A program made the position numbers and the translations under genes. The notes under the pieces are model-generated. The model searched no databases, was not told where the DNA came from, and saw only the letters and a program-made list of their open reading frames with translations. This document shows positions 30,919 to 42,095 of a stretch of 64,000 nt of DNA, piece by piece (the stretch's first letter is position 1; each line of letters starts with the position of its first letter). Source of the stretch: an uncultured Nitrososphaeraceae archaeon (GTDB lineage Archaea > Thermoproteota > Nitrososphaeria > Nitrososphaerales > Nitrososphaeraceae); contig CAVZZA010000003.1 in NCBI GenBank assembly GCA_963779615.1, positions 288,001 through 352,000 of the forward strand, read 5' to 3'.

Positions 30919-31778
30919 TCTATTGAATCAAATTCTCTCATAACTAATGGAAGTTCCTTCAACAAGTCTGACGCCATTAAATGCAAACCGAACTTACTAT
31001 ACAAATTAAATCCGGCCTTACCATTGAAGAATAACCCCAATACAGAGGATTCAAAGGGGTTGTTCTTAGTTAAAAAACCCGATATCAAGCCAGATAACAC
31101 GTCACCAGTTCCACCAACAGTCATTGAGGGAGTTGTCCTCTCCATAACTGAAATTTGGTCGCCATCTGAAACAATATTCCAATATCCTTTTAAGACAATT
31201 ACAATTCCATGCTCTTTGGCGTTTTTTTCAACAATGGATATTTGTTCAGATTTGGTCTGTCCGGGATCTTGTCCAAACATTCTCTTAAATTCACCAGCAT
31301 GAGGTGTAACAACCGTTTTGGTATTAATTATCTCGTTAAGGACATCCGGGATTAAGGATGAAGCATCCAGGATTAGACAGGTTTTGTCTTCCAATAATTT
31401 CCTTATTAAAAAGCATAAAGAACTTGTTTTAGAAATACCCAACCCCATACCAATAGATGCGCTATGAACTTTTTTGGGCATTGAAGACAATAACTTTCTT
31501 GACGATCCCATTGTTAATTTATCGTCAGGTAACGGTATGAAAATCAAATTTGGAGAAAACATTTTTGAGGAAACTAAGTTAATTTTTGGAATGGCAGTAT
31601 AAACCAGATCAGTACCGCTTATCAGCGCAGCAATGGATGACAAGAGAGGTGCACCATGGTAGATCCTACTTCCGCCAACAATCAAAACAATACCATTATC
31701 ACCTTTTCGGGATTGAATGCTTCGTGGTTTAACGATTTTTTTTATAAAGGCATTGTCTACGGTAATAAAATTTGGCAT
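30915..31778 (-). CDS. nnrD: ADP-dependent NAD(P)HX dehydratase
   Basis: RKGDNGIVLIVGGS.IYHGAP, TPHAGEF, GGTGDVLSG. Confidence 0.92.
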   Translation of the reverse strand: MPNFITVDNAFIKKIVKPRSIQSRKGDNGIVLIVGGSRIYHGAPLLSSIAALISGTDLVYTAIPKINLVSSKMFSPNLIFIPLPDDKLTMGSSRKLLSSMPKKVHSASIGMGLGISKTSSLCFLIRKLLEDKTCLILDASSLIPDVLNEIINTKTVVTPHAGEFKRMFGQDPGQTKSEQISIVEKNAKEHGIVIVLKGYWNIVSDGDQISVMERTTPSMTVGGTGDVLSGLISGFLTKNNPFESSVLGLFFNGKAGFNLYSKFGLHLMASDLLKELPLVMREFDSID

Positions 31779-31889
31779 ATATAGTATAATAACTAGCCCA
31801 AAGTAACTTTTATTCTTATTTTATTTTCAACTATCAAAACAGAGCGTATAAGAATATTTTTAATTTACTATTGATAGATATAAAGGTGA

Positions 31890-32087
31890 TTGGAACCCAG
31901 CAGAAAAAAAGTAAAATCAGATGATAGTCAAAAGGAATTTGCCTCCCCTGTGCCATTAGAAATAGACACCCACTTTAAACTATTTGGGAAACATATGTGG
32001 GAGGTGACATACGGCGAGAAATGCTCCATATGCGGGAAAAAAATTGATGAATTTGGTTTTTGTGCTTGTAATGGATGCTCGGGATGA
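31890..32087 (+). CDS. Small zinc-finger protein
   Basis: CSICG...FGFCAC. Confidence 0.7.
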   Translation: MEPSRKKVKSDDSQKEFASPVPLEIDTHFKLFGKHMWEVTYGEKCSICGKKIDEFGFCACNGCSG

Positions 32088-32260
32088 CAGAGCATTGACA
32101 AAAGTTCTGCGGGATACAAAAAAGGATACATAAAAAATGTAATAGCATACAATGCATTGACCATAACAAGGCGAGAGCAAACAAAAAAATAACCTTGGTT
32201 TTTATGAATACTCCCTTGTTTTCAAATAAAAATTAAATACAAGATGAACAAAATCAGTAT

Positions 32261-32425
32261 ATGAGTGATGAAGTGATGGGAATTGTTACATATGAGTGCA
32301 TGTCATGTGGAACATTGGTAACTGCAGAGGAACTTTCTTACCTGCCTGAAATAAAATGTATATGCGGTTTTAGGGTATTTAGAAAAATAAGGCAACCAAT
32401 AGTCAAACAATTAAAAGCGATTTGA
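32261..32425 (+). CDS. rpoP: RNA polymerase subunit Rpo12 (P)
   Basis: Manual translation MSDEVMGIVTYECMSCGTLVTAEELSYLPEIKCICGFRVFRKIRQPIVKQLKAI; below the ORF-track cutoff. Confidence 0.92.
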   Translation: MSDEVMGIVTYECMSCGTLVTAEELSYLPEIKCICGFRVFRKIRQPIVKQLKAI

Positions 32426-32598
32426 AAATAAAATGCCCAGACTGTAAAGGGAAGGCCTTTTTATCTGATGACTTTACATTTGTTAAATGTGACGATTGCG
32501 GTTATGAAATGACCTATGGCGAGTATGTAAAATATATAGCATATAAGGATCCGCGATATTCAGATATATTAAGCGATTACAAGGAAAAAAAACATTAA
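32422..32598 (+). CDS. Small zinc-ribbon protein, overlapping the rpoP stop (TTGA)
   Basis: MKIKCPDCKGKAFLSDDFTFVKCDDCGYEMTYGEYVKYIAYKDPRYSDILSDYKEKKH. Confidence 0.8.
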   Translation: MKIKCPDCKGKAFLSDDFTFVKCDDCGYEMTYGEYVKYIAYKDPRYSDILSDYKEKKH

Positions 32599-32608
32599 GG
32601 TAAATTTT

Positions 32609-33823
32609 TTGAGGGATGATAAAAATTTACTGCATCGTGGAAAAAAAGAGTTCTTTTGGGCTAAGGAGAATATGCCCATAATCGACAAGATAATTAAAAA
32701 ATATAAAAATAACAAAGTACTGTCGCACCTCAGTTTGGGGATATGTTTGCACATTACAAAAGAAACCTCGGTGTTAGTGATGGGGTTAAAGCACCTGGGT
32801 GCCAATATTTTCTTGTGTCCCGCAAATCCAATGTCATCACAAGAACACATAGTAACTTTACTGAGATCAAATGAGATTGTTGTGTTTGGAAAAAGGGGAG
32901 AAACAACCCAAACCTTTTATGAAAACATGGACAAGGTACTGGATAAAAAACCAAATATAATAATTGATGATGGCGCAGAATTTCATAACAGAGCGTTAAA
33001 AAAAAAATATGAAATTTTTGGCGGGACAGAGGAGACAACCTCTGGCATAAATCGTTTAAAAGTATGGTATAAAAAAAAATTAATTGACTATCCCATCATA
33101 GCTGTAAATCAATCAAAAACAAAACATCTTTTTGATAACAGATATGGAACAGGTCAAAGTACTATTGAAGGGATTTTAAGAACAACCGGAGTTTTGCTGG
33201 CCGGAAAGCGTGTGGTAGTTTGTGGTTATGGCTGGGTAGGTAAAGGCGTCGCAGCTTATTCCAAAGGTTTAGGAGCAAAAGTCATTGTAACCGAAATTGA
33301 TGCCATTCGTGCACTAGAAGCTTTTATGGACGGTTTTGAAGTAAAACCAATTAAGGAAACAACCAGTTTTGCTGATATATACATAACATGTACAGGTCAA
33401 CTAAGAGTAATCAGGCAAGAGCATATAGAAAAAATGAAAAATGGTGTGATATTATGCAATGCGGGACATTTTAATGTTGAAATAGATACGGATTATCTAA
33501 GCGATGCAGATTATCACCCAACAATGATCAGAAAAAATTTAAACTGTTATAAAATAAACAAAAAAAAGATTTACCTGCTTTCAGAAGGCCGAGTAATAAA
33601 TTTGGTGGGCGGTGAAGGAAACCCCCCAGAAATAATGGCCCTTTCGTTTGCAAACCAGTTATTGTCTATCATATATTTATCAAAAAATTACAAAAAACTA
33701 GAAAATAAACTATACAGGGCTTCGAAAAGAACCGAATATAATTTGAGTTCTCTAGCAATGCAATCATTTAACATCCAAATAGATAGCCTTACGCAGGAAC
33801 AAAAAGATTATTTTTATTCATAG
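32609..33823 (+). CDS. ahcY: Adenosylhomocysteinase
   Basis: CLHITKET, EETTSG, KHLFDNRYGTGQS, GYGWVGKG, NAGHF, EGRVINL. Confidence 0.93.
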   Translation: MRDDKNLLHRGKKEFFWAKENMPIIDKIIKKYKNNKVLSHLSLGICLHITKETSVLVMGLKHLGANIFLCPANPMSSQEHIVTLLRSNEIVVFGKRGETTQTFYENMDKVLDKKPNIIIDDGAEFHNRALKKKYEIFGGTEETTSGINRLKVWYKKKLIDYPIIAVNQSKTKHLFDNRYGTGQSTIEGILRTTGVLLAGKRVVVCGYGWVGKGVAAYSKGLGAKVIVTEIDAIRALEAFMDGFEVKPIKETTSFADIYITCTGQLRVIRQEHIEKMKNGVILCNAGHFNVEIDTDYLSDADYHPTMIRKNLNCYKINKKKIYLLSEGRVINLVGGEGNPPEIMALSFANQLLSIIYLSKNYKKLENKLYRASKRTEYNLSSLAMQSFNIQIDSLTQEQKDYFYS

Positions 33824-33887
33824 ATATCACACATAGCGTTTAATAAAAGCAAGATCTCAATAAAATAAGTTAGTCCACATCAAAAGA

Positions 33888-34121
33888 CTAGTTTAGACGT
33901 AGTTTCTGCTTGGAGAAAGAATTATGCGGTTTTGTCCTTAAAACGGTGTTACAGCATGGACATCGAGATCCAAGCCAATCCAAAAACAGTTCACATTCCT
34001 TACAAAGTTTGTATCCCTGGCTATAATAGCTAAGGGTTTCAGCCGTTTTATATGCTTTATATTTATTACAAAGAGATCTACAATACATCTTGAAAGAACG
34101 ATATAATGCCATCATGATCAA
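33888..34121 (-). CDS. Small Cys-rich zinc-binding protein
   Basis: CRSLC...CKECE...RCPCCNTVLRTKP. Confidence 0.7.
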   Translation of the reverse strand: MIMMALYRSFKMYCRSLCNKYKAYKTAETLSYYSQGYKLCKECELFLDWLGSRCPCCNTVLRTKPHNSFSKQKLRLN

Positions 34122-34279
34122 ACTTTAGGCAACATGTAAAAATACACTCTGTTATTTTCATGCTATTGATTTAAGATATTCTAATAATAACTTACCTATA
34201 GCACATTGCCTAAAATGCAAAAGATGCTTTTTATTATCAACAACGCATAATCATTGAGGACGTCATTGCGATAAAATAT

Positions 34280-34768
34280 TCATCCTTTTAGATGTTTATA
34301 TATCAATTTATTACCACAGGAATTGCAGTACATAAACTTAAGAGCATAATACTTTTTACAGATACTGCAGAATTTTGTAGTTTTAACTATTTCAAAGTTG
34401 CTCTTACCTGGGACTAGGGTGTCTAACGATAAAAACTTTGCGGTATTGATAACTGTATAATCAGTAGACATAATAGGCAGTTTTAATTGAAAACTTAATG
34501 CAATAATAGAACAATCAGGTTTTGATAACCCAAATTGACCCATTAGTTTTACCTTGTTTACTATGTGTTTGATATTTTCTGATGAAGGCTCTACAACCAT
34601 TACCTTTCCCAGAGACAACAATAGGTCAAGGCCGTTTATTTTTTTTTTAATATGCCTAACTTCACTTAAGATATCAGAGGTTATAAAATACCTTAGGCTA
34701 GAATCCGATTGGAATGGAATTCCCATATAAAATATATTTGAATCTGTAACATATTCTTTAATAACCAA
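34280..34768 (-). CDS. Nob1-like PIN-domain nuclease with zinc ribbon
   Basis: VTDSN, LSKPDCSIIAL, STDYTVIN, CSIC...CNSCG. Confidence 0.8.
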   Translation of the reverse strand: MVIKEYVTDSNIFYMGIPFQSDSSLRYFITSDILSEVRHIKKKINGLDLLLSLGKVMVVEPSSENIKHIVNKVKLMGQFGLSKPDCSIIALSFQLKLPIMSTDYTVINTAKFLSLDTLVPGKSNFEIVKTTKFCSICKKYYALKFMYCNSCGNKLIYKHLKG

Positions 34769-35561
34769 GCTTTTTCAACTGCCTAACTCTATTTTTATTA
34801 AACCTTAAAAAAATTGCATCATGTTTATGCCTAGAAATTGAAATTTTCTCATTTTTTGGTATTTCCTGTATTTGTTGTCCATCTACAATTAACTTGATAT
34901 CATAATTAGCACACAAGCTCAACTTCATTATAGGGATAACAAATGACGGCATTCTATTAACAGAAGCAACTGGGGTTACTAAAATGCATTCAAGATTTTC
35001 ATGTATAATTGGACCTCCGTTTGATAAAGAATGACCGGTGGAACCTGTGGGTGTAGAAAAGACCATCCCATCCATTTTTTGGGAAATGTTATCACCATTT
35101 ATAGATAGGTGAAAGGTTGGTGTTTTGGTAAGATCAGAACGAATAAAAACAAAATCGTTCAATGCATGGTAGAAAAGTTTATCGCCTATGTTAGCAAATA
35201 ACCTAATTCGGTTATCAAAGAAATAATCCCCATCTAACAAAAAAGGAATAATGGAAAATGCAGAATCTTTTGAAACCTCAGAAAGTATTCCCCGGGTTCC
35301 TCCAGCATTAATACTCAAAACAGGAATGCCAGGACTCAGTGTTCTAAAAGTTCTTAAAGTTGTTCCATCACCACCCACTGCTATAGCCAAATCAATTTCT
35401 GTTTTACTATTGTTTTTGTTAGATAATTCCCTATCAGAAAAATAATCAATTACTTCGATTCCATTATTCATTATTTTTTCTTTCAATTTTAGAGAAACTT
35501 CTCTGGATTCATCGTTATTATGTTTGGTGAAAAATGCTATGCAGTTTATATCTTTTCTCAA
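34758..35561 (-). CDS. nadK: NAD(+) kinase
   Basis: GGDGTTL, ALND, DGMVFSTPTGSTGHSLSNGGP. Confidence 0.93.
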   Translation of the reverse strand: MRKDINCIAFFTKHNNDESREVSLKLKEKIMNNGIEVIDYFSDRELSNKNNSKTEIDLAIAVGGDGTTLRTFRTLSPGIPVLSINAGGTRGILSEVSKDSAFSIIPFLLDGDYFFDNRIRLFANIGDKLFYHALNDFVFIRSDLTKTPTFHLSINGDNISQKMDGMVFSTPTGSTGHSLSNGGPIIHENLECILVTPVASVNRMPSFVIPIMKLSLCANYDIKLIVDGQQIQEIPKNEKISISRHKHDAIFLRFNKNRVRQLKKLGY

Positions 35562-36371
35562 CTGTTATTTGATATCATGGAGTGGTATATTTTTTTAATC
35601 TTTATGCAATCTTTAGAAACTTGTTTTGATCAATTAATTTGTCCTAATCAATTAATTACAGGATATTAGAGACACATCATTAGATAAAAAAGTCATAGAG
35701 CCAAACCTTTACTAAACAATCACATCAGAAAGAGAACAACAAACCTCATCCTTACAAAAGCCATATGAAACAGACCGGAGTTGTCACTAACATCCCTCAA
35801 ATAAAGATGCCACAAGATTAATATCAATATTTTAAATGCATAACAAAATAGTAGTTATGTAAAAACCCTCTGAATACACTCACTTATTTTTTCAATAAAT
35901 CTAATAAAACAAGTAATAATATATTGTATATATAGTTGTATGAAAATCAGATTTTCTAGACAATAAGGATAATAACAACATTAACCTATGAAAGACAATA
36001 TTCTCACTTTTTTATTGTGGTAATAATGACTATCGTTGTGACCGAAATAGCTTTTGTGATATAGGTTTATGCAAGGAACAACAAGAAAGACAGGCATGAC
36101 CGTTCATCAGGTGCAAATGGATGTGAATGATTAATATATTCCAACATAAATAATAGCGGTGAATACTGTGGTCGATCTGACCAAACAACCAGTTATAAAC
36201 TATAACTGTCTGTATAACCATCTTTTCTTTTCTTTTCTTTTCATTCTTTGATTATCATCGTAGGTATTAGTAAAATATCAAAGGATTGATCACATTGATT
36301 TCTAATACACCTGTTTAACCTCTAGTCCCATATTCAAGAGCCGGGGCCCAAATAAATAGACAACTTTGTGA

Positions 36372-36445
36372 TGGGCCGAAAGGGATTTGAACCCTCGACC
36401 TTTCGATTATCAGTCGAACGCTCCACCAAGCTGAGCTATCGGCCC
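36372..36445 (-). tRNA. tRNA-Ile(GAT), intronless
   Basis: GGGCCGA acceptor stem, TTCGA-CTGATAA-TCGAA anticodon arm, GGTTCAAATCC. Confidence 0.96.
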
Positions 36446-36844
36446 TGTTTTAATAATTTTTTAGGTTTTTGTTTTTCTAATATAAATGTAATTTATCAAT
36501 TATTAGTTACTCTTTTTACTTAGCCTTTCTTAAATTATCATTGTGTAATTAAAAAAATGATTTAACCATAACTATATGCGTTAGTTTGCATTCTTTAATT
36601 TAAGTCAATTATAAGGTATACAGATTTGGCAATACATGACAGTTTTCAAAAGGGGTTATATATATTGCTTTGTTTTGTCGTTGAACAACAATATCATCAT
36701 CTTTAATACTAATATCGCATTAAATCAACCAATTGAATTTGATGGTAGATGCGCCAAAAAAAAACGGATGGTAGAATACATATGAAAGCCCATAGATATG
36801 AAGTGCAGCAAATTCATGATAAATATTGGGAGGTGAGGTCATAA

Positions 36845-38008
36845 TTGAAAAAAACAGATAGTGATGATGACTCATCAGTCAGCTCCTACCAAGACTCTAA
36901 AGTGGTTAAAACGGGTATTTCCGAATTAAATAATTCCAATCCATATGACGAACAAGTAACTTTCATCAATTATACACATAGATACTGTGTATGTATTATT
37001 GATATAGTCGATTCTACAATGAATACCAAGGAGATAATAGGATCAGAGAAGATTAGAGGGTACTATTCCATATTCCTTAACACAATGGCCACAATAATCA
37101 AAGACCATAATGGAAAAGTAATTAAAAATTCGGGTGATAATCTCTTATACTATTTTCCCAAAACTGTTGATGCATCTAATGAATTAGCTTTTCAGGATGT
37201 TCTTGACTGCGGTTTAGCGCTGATTGCATCAAATTCAACCTTAACTGCAAACTTATCCAACTATGGCCTACCATCCATCGATTATAGAATCAGTGGAAAT
37301 TATGGAAAAGTAGAACTGGCAACGTCAACAAATTCTAATAACGTAGATTTATTTGGCCCTACTGTTAATATTTGTTCAAAAATAAATCATTTGGCATTAC
37401 CAAATGAAATGGTTATTTATAAGGATCTATATGATATTATATCAAAATCCTCTTATTTTAAAGACTACAGATTCAAAGAAATAAGAGAGGTTAATGATGA
37501 TGATGAATATAGACAATATTCATTGTCGGTCTATTCTGTACACACCGTTAGTGATCCAATAGAACAACTAGAAATAAGTGATAAAAAAAGGCGAAAACAT
37601 ACAGAACAACAGAAAAATAGGCAAAATCAGGAGAACTCTTCTTTTAATATCTTATTGATAGACGATGATTTAGATATTCTTTTTACCTTCACAACTATTA
37701 TTGAGGTCGAGGGTTATAACATTGCCACATATTCTGAACCATATAAAGCACTGAATCATTTTTCACAAATGTCTCCATATTATTACGATTTGGTGGTAAT
37801 GGACATACGTATGCCCGGTTTAAACGGCATTCAGCTGTATTCAAAAATCAAAGTCATGAACCCAGAAATTAAGGTGCTTTTCTTATCCGCTCTGGATGCA
37901 GTGGACGAATTATTAAGCATATTTCCAGACATAAAACCCAGCGAAATAATTAGAAAACCAGTCGAACCCAAGGCACTGCTTTCAAAGATAAAAACAATAC
38001 TAAGGTGA
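36845..38008 (+). CDS. Class III nucleotide cyclase-like domain fused to a C-terminal receiver domain
   Basis: IIDIVDST, VIKNSGDNL, DLFGPTVN; receiver ILLIDDD...MDIRMPGLNG...KP. Confidence 0.85.
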   Translation: MKKTDSDDDSSVSSYQDSKVVKTGISELNNSNPYDEQVTFINYTHRYCVCIIDIVDSTMNTKEIIGSEKIRGYYSIFLNTMATIIKDHNGKVIKNSGDNLLYYFPKTVDASNELAFQDVLDCGLALIASNSTLTANLSNYGLPSIDYRISGNYGKVELATSTNSNNVDLFGPTVNICSKINHLALPNEMVIYKDLYDIISKSSYFKDYRFKEIREVNDDDEYRQYSLSVYSVHTVSDPIEQLEISDKKRRKHTEQQKNRQNQENSSFNILLIDDDLDILFTFTTIIEVEGYNIATYSEPYKALNHFSQMSPYYYDLVVMDIRMPGLNGIQLYSKIKVMNPEIKVLFLSALDAVDELLSIFPDIKPSEIIRKPVEPKALLSKIKTILR

Positions 38009-38133
38009 TAATAAACACCAGGGTATCACATTGAAAACTTCATTTTTAAAACAATATAATCTGTCTATACTCGGAAAATATTGTTAACTTAATATACAAC
38101 GTTTACATCAATTAACGGCATTTTTGTTTCGTT

Positions 38134-39906
38134 TTGAATATTAAAAATCCGCAAAGTTTTTGTAGTAACCAAACAATTTCAGTAATATTAGATGTGGGAT
38201 TCTCTAGTGCGGTTTCAAATGATTTAACTAACAGGTTTGTTCATTTTAAGCAATGGTACTCACATTATTTTGGGTTTCTGGCAAATAAAACATTTCTAAA
38301 GTACACACTGCTGCCAACAATACCTCTGTCAATAATTGCAATTTTTTCGTTGGACCCGAGTATTTGGTTGGGCTCTGAGATTCACCATTTTTACATAGAG
38401 CTTTTTGGAACAATATTGGCTGGGGTACTATCTTTTTACTATATCTTGCATGCCCGCAAATTAAACGATAAATTCAGCCTGTTTGTGGGCATAGGATTTC
38501 TTGTTAGTGCTCTGATTGACTTACTCCATGTTGCTGTATCGTTTAGTTTGATTGAGAATGTTTCTTTTCTCAAACATTTCATTCCCCAAACGTGGTTTGC
38601 CGGAAGGATCTTTCTTAGTTCTATGCTTCTTATTGCCATTTCAAAATACTCCATTCTCTCTCCTTTCGAGGAGATAAAAGGCAATGATAAAGAATTGTTT
38701 AACAAAGAAATTGGAAATGATAAAGTACGCTCGCTAATACAACAAAAAGGAAAAGAAGAGAGAATTCAGAAAAATATTATTATCTATATAATCGCCCTTG
38801 GAGTATTTGCGGGCAGTATTGCAATATTTTCATTATTCATAATATTTCCAATAAGCGTTCTAGACGATTATTCCCTGCATAGACCTTATGAAATTCCGCC
38901 ACTGATATTATTTTCCCTTACATTGTTTTTTTTCTATAAAAAACACCTGTATTTGAAAAAGGATATAATATACAAGGGAATACTTGCATATTTAATAGTT
39001 GACATTTTTTCTCAAATCATAATGTCATACTCATCAACATCATTTGATACAGCGCATAATATAGCGCATGTACTCAAGGATGTGGGATACTTTATCAATA
39101 TTATTGCACTGGCATTATCAAGCGTACAGCATATTGTTAATTTAAGGGAAAGTAATGAACTGACTAAAAAGCAATATGAAAAGATAAAGGAATCAGAAAA
39201 AATGAAAAATGATTTTATCAACATAGCAGCTCATGAATTAAGAACACCAATACAGCCAATTTTAGGCCTCTCTAAAATCCTTTCTGACAGGACAGGACAA
39301 ATTGAGAATTACAAAGAGCATATCGATATAATTTTCAAAAATGCAAAAAGACTGCATAAACTAGCAGATGACATTTTGGATGCATCTAAAATTGAAAGCC
39401 ATTCCCTAAAGATAAACAAAGAACAGTTTGATTTGGTTGAAGTAGTTTCAACAGCAATAAAGGATCAAGTGAATCAATTAGGAAAAGATAATGAGAATAT
39501 AGTATTTTCTTTCAATGTTAATGCGGGTAATTTAAAGGAAGAAAATCGCAATACAAAAGACGATTCAATTATGGTCAAAGCAGATAAAAATAGAATAAAC
39601 CAGGTTTTGTCCAATTTGTTAGGAAATGCAATTAAATTTACTCAAGATGGCAGCATCTCTGTCATGATAAAGAAAAACAATAAGGAGATTATTGTTGGCG
39701 TAAGGGATGATGGACAAGGAATTAATAGAGAAATACTGCCAAAGTTATTTGATAAATTTATCACAGACTCTACCTCCGGAACAGGTTTAGGTTTGTATAT
39801 TTGCAAAAATATTATTGAAGCGCATGATGGCAAAATATGGGCAGAAAACAATAGGACTGGAAAGGGAGCAACCATTACTTTTAGTCTACCACTAAATATG
39901 AAATAA
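38134..39906 (+). CDS. Multi-TM sensor histidine kinase
   Basis: About 7-8 TM segments, AAHELRTP, NLLGNAIKF, DDGQGI, GTGLGL. Confidence 0.92.
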   Translation: MNIKNPQSFCSNQTISVILDVGFSSAVSNDLTNRFVHFKQWYSHYFGFLANKTFLKYTLLPTIPLSIIAIFSLDPSIWLGSEIHHFYIELFGTILAGVLSFYYILHARKLNDKFSLFVGIGFLVSALIDLLHVAVSFSLIENVSFLKHFIPQTWFAGRIFLSSMLLIAISKYSILSPFEEIKGNDKELFNKEIGNDKVRSLIQQKGKEERIQKNIIIYIIALGVFAGSIAIFSLFIIFPISVLDDYSLHRPYEIPPLILFSLTLFFFYKKHLYLKKDIIYKGILAYLIVDIFSQIIMSYSSTSFDTAHNIAHVLKDVGYFINIIALALSSVQHIVNLRESNELTKKQYEKIKESEKMKNDFINIAAHELRTPIQPILGLSKILSDRTGQIENYKEHIDIIFKNAKRLHKLADDILDASKIESHSLKINKEQFDLVEVVSTAIKDQVNQLGKDNENIVFSFNVNAGNLKEENRNTKDDSIMVKADKNRINQVLSNLLGNAIKFTQDGSISVMIKKNNKEIIVGVRDDGQGINREILPKLFDKFITDSTSGTGLGLYICKNIIEAHDGKIWAENNRTGKGATITFSLPLNMK

Positions 39907-40083
39907 TTAAGGATATAAACAATAAATTCAAATATTGCGAAGGATTGTGAATTAAAAAAAAGATAAATAATGGTCTCTATAGATAATTTAAATGAATAAT
40001 CTAAAAGGGGAATGTCCAACATTTACTTTTGAGATATTATTTAATATTAATGATGAAAAAAATAAACCTCAAAGCTAAGGAAT

Positions 40084-40470
40084 ATGAAAAATGAGATGGA
40101 AAAGAAAAAGATTTTCATGGTAGATGACGAACCTGATATTATTTTACTCTGTAGAATGGTTTTAGAAGAAGCGGGATTTGAAGTCCATGCATTTACTGAT
40201 TCACTTTCAGCACTAAAAAGTTTTAAAGCCGCCTTTTATGATTTAATTATTCTCGATATCAAGATGCCAAACATGGATGGCTTTGAGTTGTGTAAAAAAA
40301 TAAAGGAGTTAGATAGCAAAGTCAAAGTGTGCTTTTTAACAGCTAGCGAAATGTATTATGAAACATTCAGAAAGAAAGAATATTGTTTGGTGGATAAAAC
40401 CCTCTTTCTCAGAAAACCAATTGAAAATGATGATTTAATAAAAAAAATAACAGAATTAATCAAGGCTTAA
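40084..40470 (+). CDS. Stand-alone response regulator receiver
   Basis: VDDEPD, LDIKMPNMDG, FLTAS, KP. Confidence 0.93.
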   Translation: MKNEMEKKKIFMVDDEPDIILLCRMVLEEAGFEVHAFTDSLSALKSFKAAFYDLIILDIKMPNMDGFELCKKIKELDSKVKVCFLTASEMYYETFRKKEYCLVDKTLFLRKPIENDDLIKKITELIKA

Positions 40471-41251
40471 AAAGGTTTTTTTATGCCATTCAAATCCCTA
40501 TGCACTTTTCCATCACCACCTTTGAAATTCAAAATGTCATACCATCAAGCATTTAAACCATGGAATAAATGGCCGAGTCCGATATTATAAGACTGTTGAT
40601 AAGAATTAACTAACATGAAAAAACATTTTTGCAAATATCGTTACAAAAAAGTCTCCCATGCTTCCGGATATAGAAACTTAACTTCTATTGAAAAGGAAGA
40701 TGGTTTGTATCCATAAAAGATAACACATAAAACAAAAAATAATTCTTTCATAATGCGTAAAGATATTTATTTGTAAAACAGTCATCTCCATCCAAATTGT
40801 TTTTCACAGGAAATAAAATCACCACCTAAACCGACACTTATTCCTTCTCCAAACAATAAAAAAAGCATTACTTTTTTTGTGTTTATCTTTATTGGCATTT
40901 TATATTTTAGATAATAATTCATCCATTTAATTACAAAGAATTTTTAAATGGAAATTATATCTTTTTTGAGGCATATTCACCCTAGTCATAAAATGATGGA
41001 CCAGAACAAAAGAATGTTTTGCTCCGTCTTTATTGTTTAGATTTCCATTGCTTCTTGATTATATTTTGTCAAATACACAATAATTGTTTCATTATTTAAA
41101 GAAGACATTAATCCTGGTTAATATGTATAAACGGCCATTATCCTTTTTACCTCATTTGAATCTATGTTTAATCTGTTGTACAACATATTAAACATCACAT
41201 CACTAATAAATTATATCATCATAGAACTACAGATAAAAAACATGGCCAAAA

Positions 41252-42007
41252 CTATATTGTATTGTTAAGGAATTGATCAATTGTATTTTTGAATACAGGT
41301 AGAGGTCGAGCTCCTTCAATCGCAGCGACTTTTGTGGAATTGTGCTTTAATATTAAGAATGTAGGGGTCGAAGCTAATCCCAAGTCTTTTGCAAAAAGAT
41401 CATTCTTTACAACAACTAGATTGTATTTATGAGAATCCACACAGGAGGAAAATTGCCCAATGTTATTTACCTTAACATTCTTGGCGAATTCAATTAAGGA
41501 TTCATTCGAAAGCCATCCAGTATTTTCACCCTTTGAATTCTTAAAAACTTCATCATGAAAATCCCAGAATTTGTTTTGCTCTGCTGCGCAATAGGAAGCT
41601 TCAGCGGCAAGAGTTGACAATTTATCTTTGGGTAAATCATTAACTACAAAATCCTTGTACACAAATCTTGCGATACCTGAATTTACATAGTTAGCAATTA
41701 AATCATTTTTTGTTTCATTATTAAATTTGGCACAGAAAGGACATTGATAATCAGCAAATTCAACAATAGCGATTGAGGCATTATTATTACCTAACGCCGT
41801 AGCACCGGGTATAGACGGAGTGGTTAACTCGGATATTAATTTTTGAATTTGAGCCTTTTTGTCATCAGTGTTTTTATTATTGTTACCCATATTCGAAAAG
41901 CCACTTAAAGAACCACCTATAAGAAGAGCTCCAAATAATACTGCCATTATTATTATATTACGATATTTAGTTTTACTTTTGTGTGGCTTTCGAATTCTCT
42001 TTTTCAA
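41252..42007 (-). CDS. DsbA-family membrane-anchored thiol-disulfide oxidoreductase
   Basis: N-terminal TM, EFADYQCPFC, STPTF. Confidence 0.9.
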   Translation of the reverse strand: MKKRIRKPHKSKTKYRNIIIMAVLFGALLIGGSLSGFSNMGNNNKNTDDKKAQIQKLISELTTPSIPGATALGNNNASIAIVEFADYQCPFCAKFNNETKNDLIANYVNSGIARFVYKDFVVNDLPKDKLSTLAAEASYCAAEQNKFWDFHDEVFKNSKGENTGWLSNESLIEFAKNVKVNNIGQFSSCVDSHKYNLVVVKNDLFAKDLGLASTPTFLILKHNSTKVAAIEGARPLPVFKNTIDQFLNNTI

Positions 42008-42095
42008 GTTAACACTATAAGGAAAACATTACTGATATTTAAAATAAATTCATCAAAATTTTTGAAGGAAAATTTACAAATAGAACAATAAAAAA

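Noticed and set aside
32609-33823. AhcY substitutions (GNPPEIM for GHP, DDGAE) as altered specificity
   Set aside because: Core catalytic motifs are intact; a specificity change cannot be inferred by eye.
35562-40470. Genomic island integrated at tRNA-Ile
   Set aside because: No integrase or duplicated tRNA 3' end seen, and the signalling cluster lies on the 5' side of the tRNA.
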